DNA from: Rebecca billardiae RCC1528 | Lineage: Eukaryota > Protista > Haptophyta | NCBI GenBank assembly: GCA_965240325.2 | Contig: OZ251237.1 | Span: 434,001 to 498,000 of the forward strand | Direction: 5' to 3' | Length of the DNA stretch: 64,000 nucleotides | Shown: piece by piece, positions 20,889 through 32,174 of the stretch | How positions within the stretch are numbered: the stretch's first letter is position 1 | How the letters are laid out: the number at the start of each line of letters is the position of its first letter | Notes under the pieces: model-generated | What the model was told of the DNA's origin: nothing | Databases searched by the model: none | What the model saw: only the letters and a program-made list of their open reading frames with translations | Program-made: the position numbers and the translations under genes

Positions 20889-21512
20889 CTACGACCCACT
20901 GAGACTGTGACTGCCACGTGAGGCCGGGGGACTGACGGGCAGCCCAGCCAGGATGCGGGTGACGACGTTTTCCTGGTGCCGCCGGCGCACCGCACCAGTT
21001 CCAGTGCCGGTTGTTGCCGGTGTCGCGTTCACGGCGAGTGCACCTCCAGCCTTTGAGCCGTCGCGCGTGGGTCGAGGTGACCCTGCTGGGGCATCGCGCG
21101 CTTCGCGCGTGGGCTCAAGCATGGGCTCAAGGCGCGAAGCCACGGCGTGTGCGCGCACGCGGCCGAATGCGACGCTGAGCTGAGCATGACGTTTTGCATC
21201 GGTAGCTTGCCACCAGCGCAACACGCTCTCGGCCGAGTATGCACTCCGAGGTGTACTTGGACACTCGGCCTCGGCGCTGCACTCGGAGCGCCGCTCTGGG
21301 CTCAGCGTGTTGCGCCGCTCTGGGCTCAGCGATGGGCTCAGCGATGGCGAGCCGTCGCTGAGCCCATCGCTGAGCCCAGCGACATCGCCTGGAACATGTG
21401 AGCACAGCGACGTCGTCGCCGTCACCTGCGCCTTCATCGAAGTTGCGACCGCTTCAAAGTTGCGGCATCGCGCGCGACCTCCCAGCGCCATCGGCCCCGG
21501 GGGCCCCGGCAT
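20889..21512 (-). CDS. Hypothetical low-complexity protein
   Basis: 207-aa ATG ORF divergent from FKBP, with short LSP(S/E) repeats; no recognisable domain. Confidence 0.35.
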   Translation of the reverse strand: MPGPPGPMALGGRARCRNFEAVATSMKAQVTATTSLCSHVPGDVAGLSDGLSDGSPSLSPSLSPERRNTLSPERRSECSAEAECPSTPRSAYSAESVLRWWQATDAKRHAQLSVAFGRVRAHAVASRLEPMLEPTREARDAPAGSPRPTRDGSKAGGALAVNATPATTGTGTGAVRRRHQENVVTRILAGLPVSPPASRGSHSLSGS

Positions 21513-21653
21513 GACGACGGATCGCGCGCGCGTTTGAAGCTGACCGCGCGCCCCCGGCCCGGCCGGACGGCAAATAAGATCCGGATCCGAACAGCGACCT
21601 CATCACCGCCGCCGCCGCCACGCCCTGGCCAGGCTTCATCACTCATCAGTCCG

Positions 21654-22256
21654 ATGATCACGAAGAGCCTTGCGGCGGCGCTCGTCGCGGCCGCGGCGAC
21701 AGCGCCGGGCTGTGCAGCCCTGCTTCATGGCCGTCCCGCCGGTGAGCTTTCAAAGACTGCCTTGGGGCGTCGATCTCTGGCCGGCTCGACGGCGCTCGCT
21801 CTGGGCGCCGCTGTTCTTCCGTCGGGTGCTGTCGTCAAGGTCGACCCAGCCGCCGTGAAGTCAACCCCGAGTGGCGTCAAGTACGTGGTGGTGAAGGAAG
21901 GCAAGTGCCCTGCGGCCGATCCGACCGGCCTCGCCGGCTCGTGTGCCGCGGAGCCAGGGTCTCTCGCAGTCATCGACTACACGGGCTTCCTGCCATCCGG
22001 CGATGTGTTTGACACGACGGAAAAGAAAAACGGAAAGCCGCTCGCGTTCAAGCTCGGGCAAAACCAGGTCATCAAAGGTCTCGAGGAGGTGGTGCTGCAG
22101 ATGCGTCCTGGAGAGGAGGTCCAGGCCCTCATCCCATCGGAGCTCGCGTACGGCAAGAAGGGTGTCTGCAAGGATGACGGCGAGTGCTTAATCAAGCCAG
22201 ACACGAGCCTGAAGTACTTCATCCGGCTGAAGCGCGTGGCGGTTGTGCCAGGCTAG
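21654..22256 (+). CDS. FKBP-type peptidyl-prolyl isomerase, probably thylakoid lumen
   Basis: TPSGVKYVVVKEG, IDYTGFLPSGDVFDTT, FKLGQNQVIKGLEE, IPSELAYG. Signal peptide followed by an RR + hydrophobic (Tat-like) segment; Cys pair GVCKDDGECLI. Confidence 0.92.
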   Translation: MITKSLAAALVAAAATAPGCAALLHGRPAGELSKTALGRRSLAGSTALALGAAVLPSGAVVKVDPAAVKSTPSGVKYVVVKEGKCPAADPTGLAGSCAAEPGSLAVIDYTGFLPSGDVFDTTEKKNGKPLAFKLGQNQVIKGLEEVVLQMRPGEEVQALIPSELAYGKKGVCKDDGECLIKPDTSLKYFIRLKRVAVVPG

Positions 22257-22732
22257 ACTCTGCTGACAGTGCCACGGCCGCCCGACGATGATGATCGATT
22301 CAATATCGTCGTATAGTATATATATATATCGCGTATCACATCAAGTCATTAATATAATAATATATATCGCGATATATATTATTATTATATATTATTAGTT
22401 TTTATTCAGGACGTAAACTAGTCGGACGCCGGCAAGTGACTGCCCGAAGTGCCGGTCGCGGCGCAGTACTACTTACTAGTTACAGCCCGCCGCCGCGCGC
22501 AGTCACTCACTCACTCTGAGGCGCGGGCGGGCCGCGTCGGCCGCCCGGCAGGGCCTCCGCAGGGGCTCACACGCAGGGCGGTCCCACTGGCCACTGGCAC
22601 TCGGTCTCGGACCAGGCGCCTCCGGCCCGGCGGGCGGCCGCTCAGCCAGCACGCGGCACGGTCAGCGCCAGCGGGCACGGGCACGGCGCTGGCAGCCTGT
22701 GCGCAGTCGCGAGTCGCCCGAGGCGCGCCACA

Positions 22733-24701
22733 TCACAGCAGCTTCTTGTCTTTGAAGTCGGTCGCGCGCTTGTAGAAGAGGAAGACGGCGACGAAGACCG
22801 ACTGGCACAGCAGGAAGATCAGCCAAAACGAGTTGGAGCCGGAGCCTTTTCTGAGCAGGTCGGCCGCCGCGTTCAGCTCCGCCGCCACCTTCCCGTGCAG
22901 CGTCTCGTGCGAGCCCTGGAGCGATGAGAGCAGGGAGGCCTGCGCACGCGCGCGGCGCGGGCGGAGGCGCGCGCGCGGCAGAAGTCAGGCGCGAGCGGCG
23001 GCGGCGCGCCGCACGGGCGCGCGGCGGGGCGCGCCAGCGCCGGCTCGCACCTGGTGGTGCTCGTTCAGCTGGTGCAGCTTGTCCACCGACTCCTGGATCA
23101 GCGTCTGGATGCTGGAGATGGTGGTGTGCGCCGCTTTGAACCCCTCCGAGCCGGCCGGCGCGCCCTGGCCCTCGTCCGCCTTGCTCAGGCCCTGCCCGAG
23201 CGCGGTCAGCTGCTGCTCGATCGCAGAGCGCATCTGCGCGAGGCTGTCGTTGCCCTCGCCCGCGAGCCGCTCGAGCGCCGCCTTCATCTCGGCGATGTCG
23301 GACGCGAGCCCGCCGAGCGCGGCGGGCTCGACATCGCCACCCCCTAGCCCGCCCCCGCCGCCAGCCACGCGCATCGAGCGCAGGTAGCCCATCACCTCCT
23401 CGTGCCGCTTGAGCGCCGCCTGCCGCTCGCGCACCGCCTCCTGCTCGAGCGCGCTCAGCCGCTCGGCGAGCCCGCTCAGCCCCGCGCCAGCGCCGGCGGC
23501 CGCGCCGACGCCGGGCGTGGGGATCGTGCTGCGCTGCGGCTTGGGCACCGGCACGGTCGGGTGCTGCGCTTTCGGCTGCGCCTTTGGCGGCGCCATTGCG
23601 CCCTTGCCGCCGGCGCTCGGGGCGTCCGCCTCGCCGCCGCTGCCGACCGGCACGACGGCCTCCGTGTGCCCGTCCACCGCGTGCACCTCGTGCGACGCGT
23701 GCGGCTCGTGTGGCAGCTCGGGCTCGACCTGCGGCGTGCTGAGGTCGCGCAGCCCGAGCGAGTAGAGCACGTGCGAGTCTGCGTGCACGCCAGTGGACGC
23801 GGTCACGCCGATGTACACCTTGGGCGGCAGGCTGCGCAGCCGCTCGTCCGCCTCGGCGGTCGAGAGGCACGCCTTGAACTTGCCCTCGCCCTCGAGGTCG
23901 AGCGCCACGTGCAGCGTGCCGTCGCGCAGCGTGATCTTGACGTGCACGGGCTGGTGGTGGTTGCGGTAGTCCGCGAAGCACACGCCCACCTGCGCGCGAG
24001 CCGCGCCGCGCCGCGCCGCGCCGCGGGCGAGGCGGGCGCCCCGCGAGTCAGCGAGGGAGCGCGTGCTGAACGGTGGGCTCGCTCCCTCGGTGTGCAAGCG
24101 AGCGCTTGCACACGCGCCCAGCGCTTGCTCCCTCGGGCCCACGCTCCGCTCCGTCTCTCTCGCGTGCACGCGTGCGCGCGCGGCGCACCTGCTTGCTCGC
24201 GTAGGTGGCCTTGCCGTCCGCGCCGAGGTCAGCGCCTTGATTGACCATGGCCACGACAAAGGGCTCGTTGCTCGTCGGATCGTCACCCTCGTACGTGTCA
24301 AAGAGCAGGCCGAGGCCGTGGTAGCTCTCGTCGTGGCCGTAGATCGAGCCGTTCGTCCCCTTGTTTCCCGTGAGCCAGAAGGCGAGCCCGCCGCCCGCGC
24401 CACGCTTCGCCACGCCACCGATGTGCAGCTCGAGCTCCGCTTCCAGATCGGAGGCGCGCACGCGCTCGTTCGTCCACACGTACCCGATTTTGTTCTGGGA
24501 GGGCGGCGTGAGCGCGAGGTAGTCCTCTGTGAGGAACGCGTCGCCGCCAAACTCCCACCCCGGGATCTCCCCGCTGTCGTACGCGCCATACGGGTTGCCA
24601 AAGCTCAGCCGATCGATCGGCGGAGCCGGCTGCGTCTCGCACCGCCGGAGCAGCACGATGAAGGACGCCAAGACCGAGAGGCGGCCGCACCACGTCGCCA
24701 T
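22733..24701 (-). CDS. LMAN1: L-type lectin ER-Golgi cargo receptor (ERGIC-53/LMAN1-like); 3 exons
   Basis: Signal peptide; WEFGGDA, GGLAFW, GLGLLFDTY, YIGVTASTG. Introns 24188-23990 and 23050-22940. Coiled coil, then TM (FWLIFLLCQSVFVAVFLFY) and C-terminal dilysine KKLL*. Confidence 0.9.
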
Positions 24702-25109
24702 CGGTCCACTGATGTGCTGCGACCGACGATGTGCTCGTCGGTGCTGTGCTAGGACCGATGTGTGCTCGATATGTGCTCGTCGGGGTTGGGACCGACGATG
24801 GCCGACGACCCGCCCGTGAGAAAAAACCTTGCTGCACAAGTCGCAGGTTGTGGATCCGGTATTCCGGTCATTCATTCCGGTGGCCTCCGTAACCTTGCGG
24901 CTGGGCCCTGACAGTTGACACTGGAGGCCACCCGGCTCGCCCCTCGGCCTCGGGCTATGATCACTCACTTTGCCACCTTGGTTACTTGCAAGCAGGGGTA
25001 CTGGTATCACGGACGGATGTCAGAGCCACACGTGACCGGGCCGGTCGCAACCCATCGTCTTACTCACCACGCCGCCAGCGGCCAGCCGCCTGCGTACCAG
25101 TGATGGTCA

Positions 25110-26498
25110 CTAGTCGTAGTAGTAGCGCTCCTCGTCAGTCAGCGCCCCCTCGTGCAGCGCGTGCAGCCGGCCCGCGAGCTCGCGCGTGCGCAGCTGCTCG
25201 AACGCGATCGTCTGGTGCTCGAGCACGTCGAGCACGTACTCGAGCTGCCGCTGGAGCTCCATGCAGAGCGAGCGCATCTCCGCCGCAGAGTGCGAGCGCA
25301 CGTCCGCCACGAGGTGCGGGCGCGACATGACGCGCAGCTCGTCCACAGGGCGCGGCTCGCGCGGCGAGGTGGCCGTCTCGACGCGCATTTGCTCCCTCGC
25401 CGCGCGTGGCAGGCCGTTCGCTCCCTCGCCGCGCGTGCCAGGCTCGGGCGCGGCAGACGCCGTGCGAGTGGCCGGCGCGTGCGCGCTCGGCTGCGCGTCG
25501 TGCTCGGCGCCGTCGCGCGGCGTGGACAGCCGCGCGGCCGCCACCTTGAGGCGCAGCTCGAGGATCTCCGCATCGCGCTCCTGCACGAGCCTCAGCAGCC
25601 GCGCCGAGTGCGGGTCCGGCGGCGGCGGCGGCGGCGGCATCTCCCACGTGCGCGTCGAGGACACGTACGGCACCCCCGCGGCCGTGAACGCGTCGGCCGC
25701 GGCGGCGCGCCGAGGGAGCTCGGCTGCCGGCTGCGCCGCCGCGTAGGCGCGCGATGCGCGCGGAGGCGGCGCGCGCGTGCGCCGCGCGAGGTGCAGCTCC
25801 TCCTCGAGCGCACGGCGGCGCTCGCGCTCCGCGCTGAGCTCGGCCAGCGTGCTTCTCAGCGCGAGGTCGACGCCACCATCTGCCTGCGAACTTGGCCGAG
25901 GCTCGCGGGCGTGCGGCGCGTCGTGCGGCGCGTCGTCAAATGCGTGCGCACGCGCCGGCACGCGGAATCTCGCGGGCCGGCGCGGGATTCCGGCCCGCGA
26001 GGTCTCCGCAGCTCGGGCTGCGCTGATGTCGTCGTCATCGTCATCTGGCTCGGCTGATGTCGAAGGTCGGCCGTAGGCGCGTTCCTCATTCAGCAGCCGA
26101 CGCAGGTACTTGACCTCTTGCTGTTGCTTTCCGGCCTTTTCGTTCGCCTCCATGATGCGATCCTCAGCCCACGACACCATGTCAACGAACGCCCGACGGG
26201 GGCTCCCACCTGAGGCCAGTGCCGGCCCGGCGAAGAGTTCGTCGTCGTATGAGCCGTCGTATGAGTCGGAAGGGCGATCGCGATCGTCCTCCTCCTCTTC
26301 CTCCCGCTCGCTCGCTTTGGCTCCGCGCGCTCCAGCGCCACCAGTGCGCGCGGCGCGCACTGCCCGATATTTCGCGACGTCAGAGGTGAGGGAGGGGCCA
26401 CCAGTAGTGGACGCTGAATCAGCGGGCCCTGCAGCCGCGGCGAGCCTCGCATTCGAGTCGCGGATTATCCGCCCAAGCCCGGCTGCGTTCGCGCCCAT
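25110..26498 (-). CDS. Hypothetical coiled-coil protein
   Basis: ATG 26498 (MGANAAGLG); heptad-like segments QQQEVKYLRRLLNEE, LVQERDAEILELRLKV, LCMELQRQLEYVLDVLEHQ; no known domain recognised. Confidence 0.65.
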   Translation of the reverse strand: MGANAAGLGRIIRDSNARLAAAAGPADSASTTGGPSLTSDVAKYRAVRAARTGGAGARGAKASEREEEEEDDRDRPSDSYDGSYDDELFAGPALASGGSPRRAFVDMVSWAEDRIMEANEKAGKQQQEVKYLRRLLNEERAYGRPSTSAEPDDDDDDISAARAAETSRAGIPRRPARFRVPARAHAFDDAPHDAPHAREPRPSSQADGGVDLALRSTLAELSAERERRRALEEELHLARRTRAPPPRASRAYAAAQPAAELPRRAAAADAFTAAGVPYVSSTRTWEMPPPPPPPDPHSARLLRLVQERDAEILELRLKVAAARLSTPRDGAEHDAQPSAHAPATRTASAAPEPGTRGEGANGLPRAAREQMRVETATSPREPRPVDELRVMSRPHLVADVRSHSAAEMRSLCMELQRQLEYVLDVLEHQTIAFEQLRTRELAGRLHALHEGALTDEERYYYD

Positions 26499-27231
26499 CC
26501 TTCTCGACGAGCATGCACGGGGAGTCACGGCCGGCAATTTTCGGTTTGGGCGGTTTCCATAGTAGCAGCTGGCCGGACTTGGACTCGGCCGGACCGGCAC
26601 TCGCCGAGCACACTGACGAGTGACGACCGCTGGAAGTGGAATCCCGCCGTAGTACGCTGCTCCTACTGCTCCGATGTATGCCGCCGACTCACCGAGCAGC
26701 GAGCTGTCTGAGCTGGAGTCGGTGATGCTCTCTGCTTGCTCATGGGGTCCTGATGATGATGCCGCGAGTCTTGTTACTAGCTTAGCTACTCCTTTCGCCA
26801 ATCTCCATCCCATCATTCCAACGGTCAGTACCGTCGACGAGTGTCGAGTCGGACTCCGTGTCACGGACACGGAGTCCGACGACGGACGAGTCGACCGGCC
26901 GACCGGGGCCGACCGCGGAGTCCGGGTCAAATTCGGGAGGACGACCAGATGAATCGACGATGACGATGACTATGAGACGAGGACGATCCGCGAGACGATG
27001 TCGATGTCCCGGCCGGACTCCGCGGACGTGCTTGTGAACCTGCAGTCTGCACTTGCAGTTGCCGCAACGATCGCGCGCGGGCGGGTTCGCGCCGGAAAGT
27101 CGCCTGCGCCCCTTGCGCCCCTTGCGGAGTGCGCGGCCCAGAACCGCCCGTCTGTGCTCCGGCCCCCGAGGCGCCGAGCGACCTGCCCGCGGCCCCGAGG
27201 GCCGCGGGCAGGTCCGCGGCGCGCGCGCGCG

Positions 27232-29266
27232 CTAGTCCGAATCGAACGCACCACCACCACCTTCCAGCCGGTCCACGGCCGAGCGCGACGGGCGGAGCCC
27301 CACCGGCGGCGGCTCGCAGTCGCCCAGCGCCTCGGCGGGCAGCTCGTCCGCGGGCATCGTGACGGAGCGCTGCAGCCGCACCGGGTACGGCGGCTGGGCG
27401 ATCGCGGCGCACGTGCGCGCGCTCGGCTCGTCCGAGACGTGCATCGCGCCCTCCACCTCCTCGATCGTGTTGCCCACGAGCGCCGCCTCCGCGCGCGACG
27501 CGGAGCAGCGCACCGCGGCCGCCGCGTTGCCGAAGATGTGATTGGCCGTGATCGTCGTGTCCGCGCTGCCCGAGTTGAGCGCGATGCCCGAGCCGGCGTT
27601 CGAGTGGATGCGGTTGCGCTCGATGGTGAGCCCGGGGTTGTTCCACGAGGCGATGCCGTCGCCGCGCGCCGAGTGCACCTCGTTGTCGAGCAGCGAGATG
27701 CGCCCGCCGTTCACGACCACGTTGGCGCCGCACGCCGAGTGGCTGATCACGCTCTCGCGCGCAATCAGCTGGCCGCGGCACACCTTGAGCGCGGGCCCAC
27801 GGTGGTGCGTGATGTGGCAGCCGGTGAGCTCGGCGCGCGCGGCCGGGCCGACGGAGACGCCTGTCTGCGGCGGCTCGTGCGCGCTCAGCCCTGAGCGGCA
27901 CGGCGGCGGTGGCGCCCCCGCGCTGCCAGCCCAGAACTGCTGCGGCGAGAGGCAGAGCGTGCTCGCCGTCGCGGACGCGAGCTCCGCCATCGAGCACGGC
28001 GGCTTGGCGCGCCGCCCGCCCTCGGGGAGCGGCTCGGCCTCGGCGCCGACGACCACGCAGTTGCTCATCTCGAGCGTGCCCGCCTCCGCGTGCACGACCG
28101 AGTTCGGGTGCGCGCCGATCGCGCACACGCGGCGCACCTCGAGCCCGTCGCAGCTCACGTTGGTGCGCGAGCGGATGGCGACGCACGACTGCGCGACAAT
28201 CGCCACAGAGTCGCTCGGCCGAGTGGCCATCAGCCTGCGCGCCGAGCGCGGAAGCGCGGTCGCGGGAGTGCGCGCCGCGGCACGTCAGCCACGGCCGCGC
28301 GTGCGCGCGCGGAACCGACCCGCGCACACCCACGCACGCCCACCACGCACGCGCCCCCGGCCGCGAGCGCGCGCGCACCGCAGAGGCACGTCGATCGTGA
28401 TCGTCGAGTGCACGGCGTGCACGCCGCCCTCGAGCAGGATCGTGTCGCCCGGCGAGGCGGCGCCGACCATGCGCGAGAGCTCGCCCGCGATCGCGGCCAC
28501 CTGCCTCCACCTCCGCTGGTAGTTGGCGACCGCCGCCTGATACCACGCGTGGCACACTCCCATCGACGCAAACAGGTCTGTAGGCACGTGCGGCGCGCGC
28601 GCGGGCGGTGAGCAACGTGACCGCCCGGCGCAGCAGCGCGGTGTGAGGCGGCGCAGCGGCCGGCTGCTCGGTCCGGACCGGCGTCCGACCGGGTTTCCTA
28701 CGTCGCCTCAGCGGTGGCGGCGGCGACGGCGGCGCGGCGCGCGGCGTACCGGGGTGCGGGTCCAGATGGGCGAGCACGTGGTCGAAGAGGTCGCTCGGCA
28801 GGTTGAAGGCAAACGGCGTGACCGTCGCAGCGGCCGCCGCGTGCGAGGCCGATGTGTACGCCTCCGCGCATGCGAGCGGTGCGCTGTCCGCAGGCTCGAA
28901 GGAGAACTTCGCCGTGACGAGCTCCGAGGCGCCCTTGTCGCTCGCGCCCTGGAGCTCAAAGGTGTCGGTGAGCGGAAGCCATCTGCCTCGGTGTGCTGCG
29001 CCGTGCGCGCAGGCGCCGCCGGCGCCGTAGATCGCATCGTGATCGGGGAGTGGGGCGAGGCACGGGACGGAGCGATACACCGGTGACTCCAGCGCCTCGA
29101 TCGAGAGCGCGTCGGCGCCATCCGCGGGGCGTGGGCATCGCCAGACCGGCGACGCATCGTCCTCGTCGCCGACGTACAGGCCATCAACGCCCTGCAGGTG
29201 CGGGGGGAGCGCCAAGGCGGGGTGCTCGTAGCACGTGACATCATCGTCCACTTCATCGTTGAACAT
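27232..29266 (-). CDS. F-box protein with right-handed beta-helix (pectin-lyase-like) domain, FBXO11/SKIP5-like; 3 exons
   Basis: Splicing 28749-28578 and 28378-28235 (GT..AG) gives F-box FNLPSDLFDHVLAHLDPHPDLFASMGVCHAW, then ASPGDTILLEGGVH and beta-helix repeats (NEVHSARGDGI, NRIHSNAGSGI, NHIFGNAAAAV). Confidence 0.85.
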
Positions 29267-29639
29267 CGCTACAGGTCAGGGCGCCTCCTCGGGGGGGTGG
29301 CGCTTAGTAAGACATCATCGTCCCTCCGCCTGGAGACCAACGCGCCCAAGGCCTTGTTGGTCTTGCACGGTCGGCAGCGGATGGATGCTGCTGGGGCGAA
29401 AATGCTGCCTGCTGATGAGCCAGCGGCCGCCGCCTCATACGCCGCGACGGTTGAGTGTCCTGGAAATGTCCTTCGCTGTGGTACCGAAGCCTGCCTCTCG
29501 GACCGTAGCTGGCTTAAGCCCGCCCGCTACGGGCACTAGGAGCATTTACCCAGGTCATAAGTGCGAATATGAACAACCCGCGTGTGACGACGAAAGACGC
29601 GCGCTCGCCCGCGCGCGCTCGGACGCGGACGGCCGTTTC

Positions 29640-30816
29640 CAGGGCCTGGTGCTCGCAGCGAGGCACTCGCGGTGCGAGTGCGAGCAGGGCGCGAGCGCGA
29701 GTGCGAGCAGGGCACTCGCACTCGCGCTCGCAAGGCGCCGATCCGGCCCAGCGGGCTTGCGAGTCAACTCGCAAAGGTACTCGCAAGGTGCGGTCTAGCG
29801 CGAGCATGCGAGTTGGCGCGAGCAGAAGTGCGAGTCCCTGGGCGGCCTCGTGACCGCCTGCACGGCAGGCGAGTCACAAAGCGTCAAAGCCTCGCTGCCC
29901 CCCGCCCAGGGCGGCAAATGGCGAGCTCATCGGCGGCGCCGGTCGCTTCGGCGCCTGCGTCGGCGCCGGCTGCCGAGATCACCGTCTGGTCGCTGTCGAA
30001 CCAGCGCGGGGTGATCGACCCGGCCTGGCTCGATCTGCCCCCCAACGGCAAAGGTGTCTCGCTCTTGTGGACGCACGTCCACCCCATCTCGCAAGCGGCG
30101 CCGACCGACTTCTCGTACGTTCAGGTGGGCAGTCAGTCGAGCAACCCGAAGCTGTACACGCACGTGTGCGTCATGCCGGGATGCGGCCAGCGCTTCACGC
30201 TCCCCCTCGACAAGGTGCGCTCGAAGGGGGGCAAGTCGGTCTTCACGATCACAAACGCGGGCAACCACCTGAAGACGATGCACCCGCTGACCGAGTACAG
30301 CAAGAAGGCCTCCATCAAGGCGGACGAGGCAGCGCTGGGGGCGAAGCGGACCATGCAGCAGGTGGGCATGTCGGTGAGTATGCCCGTCGAGAAGCAGCTC
30401 AAGCAATCGGGCCTCCTCGCTGCGGGCTTCAAGAAGGTGTCGCGCGCCGACAAACAGCTGGCGACGCAGGCGCGGTGGCAGGGTGGTCAGGGCGGCGGGT
30501 CGGGTGTAAGGCATGCTCTAATAGGGCCAAATAGGGCCAAAAATTTTCTTCGCCTCAGGCCGGCGGGGCCCCGGGGGAGGCCCCCCGGACCCCCCGCTGG
30601 GCGTGTCCGGGGGCTGCGCCCCCGGACACGTTGCGAGTTGGGACTCGCACTTTGCGAGTTGGGACTCGCACTTTACTCGCACTCGCACTCGCAGCCACCC
30701 ATTCCGCCCAGTGGGCCTGCGAGTTCAACTCGCAGTGCACTCGCAAAGTCCCCTCAAAAGTGCGAGTGCGAGTTCACTCTACTCGCAGCCGCGGAAAGTG
30801 CGAGCGACGGTCCCTG
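29640..30816 (+). mobile_element. Internally deleted (Ds-like) hAT DNA transposon, 1177 bp
   Basis: Perfect 8-bp TSD GCCGTTTC (29632-29639 and 30817-30824). Imperfect TIRs CAGGGCCTGGTGCTCGCA / TGCGAGCGACGGTCCCTG. Subterminal TGCGAG/CTCGCA arrays at both ends. Confidence 0.92.
29918..30480 (+). pseudogene. 5' remnant of hAT transposase (BED zinc finger), catalytic domain deleted
   Basis: SLLWTHV...HVCVMPGCGQRF...TITNAGNHLKTMHP (W..C-x4-C..H-x4-H, BED-type); protein-like sequence breaks after QARW. Confidence 0.8.
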
Positions 30817-30910
30817 GCCGTTTCTAGAGAGCTGTCCGATTTTGAGATATTTTCCGGAAATCAGCTCGCGCTTTTTGCTGCGAATTCGGAATTCCACCGC
30901 GCACGAATTC

Positions 30911-31912
30911 TCACGACTCGATGTGGATGCGATCGCCCCACCTATTCTTGCGGCTGATCACGCGCGTGCTCCCCGCCTCGACTGAGCCGTCTTGCCCTGC
31001 GCGCGCGCCGCCGCGCCGCGTCGGGCCAGCACGAGAGAGCGCCGCGGACGCCGCCACAGCGGCGTCGTCGCCGCTCAGCATCCCCGCGCCGCCCGCCTCC
31101 TGCTGCGCGGCGCGCCGGCGCGCTCGGAGCTGGTCCCAGGTGCTCTCTCGGACGGGCGCCCCCGCTGCGGCCCGGCGCCCGGCTGTGGTGCTGGATGCAG
31201 CGCTCGCCACGCTCGCCGCCGCGGCAGCGGCGGAGCCGATCTGGCGCTCGCGCGGGGCATCCGGGTCGGCGCCACGCGCGGCGTCTGCAGAGAAGGCGCC
31301 GTCCGCGAGCACGCCGTCCGCGAGCACGCCGCCTGTGGTGCCGGATGCAGCGCTCGCCGCGCGCGCGCCGCTGACGGCGGCCTGCCGAGCACCGGCGGCG
31401 CCCTCAGATGCGCGCGCGGCGAATGGCGAGGCGTCCGTATCCACGCGCGCGTGCGCCAGGTCCGATGCGCCCCACGATTCGGAGGAGGGCGGCGGCGCCA
31501 CGCCGAGCGTCTCGCGCACGTGCTCCGCCAGCGCCGAGTCTGGCAGCGCGAGCAGGCTGCGCAGGCTCGCCTTGGTCGCCTGCATCTTGGCGGCGCCCGC
31601 GGCCATGTAGGCCGTGCCCGCGGCGACGACGAGGCGCGGGCCCATCGAGAAGCGCCGCGCGGGCGCGCCGAAGAGCGCTATCTTCTGGTGCGTCGCGAGG
31701 AGCACGGCGCCGAACGTGACGCCTCCGGCCATCGCCTGCGAACGCATCACAGACATGCCGCTGCGCATCAGCCATGTGCCTTCGTCGGGCGAGAAGCTGT
31801 AGTGGGTCTGGCGGACCCAGCGACCGAGCTCGGAGAAGGCGTGCGCCACCGCGCGGTCCGAGAGCGCGTCGGCGCCTGGCTGCGCGCGCTCCCGCTGCTC
31901 GCTGGCGGCCAT
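30911..31912 (-). CDS. OCIA-domain-like (OCIAD/Asrij-like) membrane protein
   Basis: Two hydrophobic segments (AGGVTFGAVLLAT; GPRLVVAAGTAYMAAG), then LALPDSALAEHVR, STWDQLRARR and terminal RKNRWGD, resembling the OCIAD layout. ATG 31912. Confidence 0.6.
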   Translation of the reverse strand: MAASEQRERAQPGADALSDRAVAHAFSELGRWVRQTHYSFSPDEGTWLMRSGMSVMRSQAMAGGVTFGAVLLATHQKIALFGAPARRFSMGPRLVVAAGTAYMAAGAAKMQATKASLRSLLALPDSALAEHVRETLGVAPPPSSESWGASDLAHARVDTDASPFAARASEGAAGARQAAVSGARAASAASGTTGGVLADGVLADGAFSADAARGADPDAPRERQIGSAAAAAASVASAASSTTAGRRAAAGAPVRESTWDQLRARRRAAQQEAGGAGMLSGDDAAVAASAALSRAGPTRRGGARAGQDGSVEAGSTRVISRKNRWGDRIHIES

Positions 31913-32174
31913 GGTCGCTGTCGCTCGCCTCGAGGCTTCGAGGAGCGGCAAACTCGCGGGCGTCGGAGCGCGGAAGCTGATGGATACTTCTCCGCAGTCC
32001 GCTCGATCTCCCGGACCGGTTTTGCCGCCGCATTCGCCCATCACTGTTTTCAAAGCTTCCGGTTGATGCTCCCGCAACATCAAGCTTGCTCATCCACTTC
32101 TCGGACCGGCTTGCCGGGGACCCTCCCCGAGGAACTCGGCGCGCTGACGTCGAGGCGTGGCGGAGTGCGGCGCG

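Noticed and set aside
26499-26930. 5' extension of the 606-aa ORF
   Set aside because: Non-ATG start and intergenic-like low-complexity sequence; ATG 26498 is more plausible.
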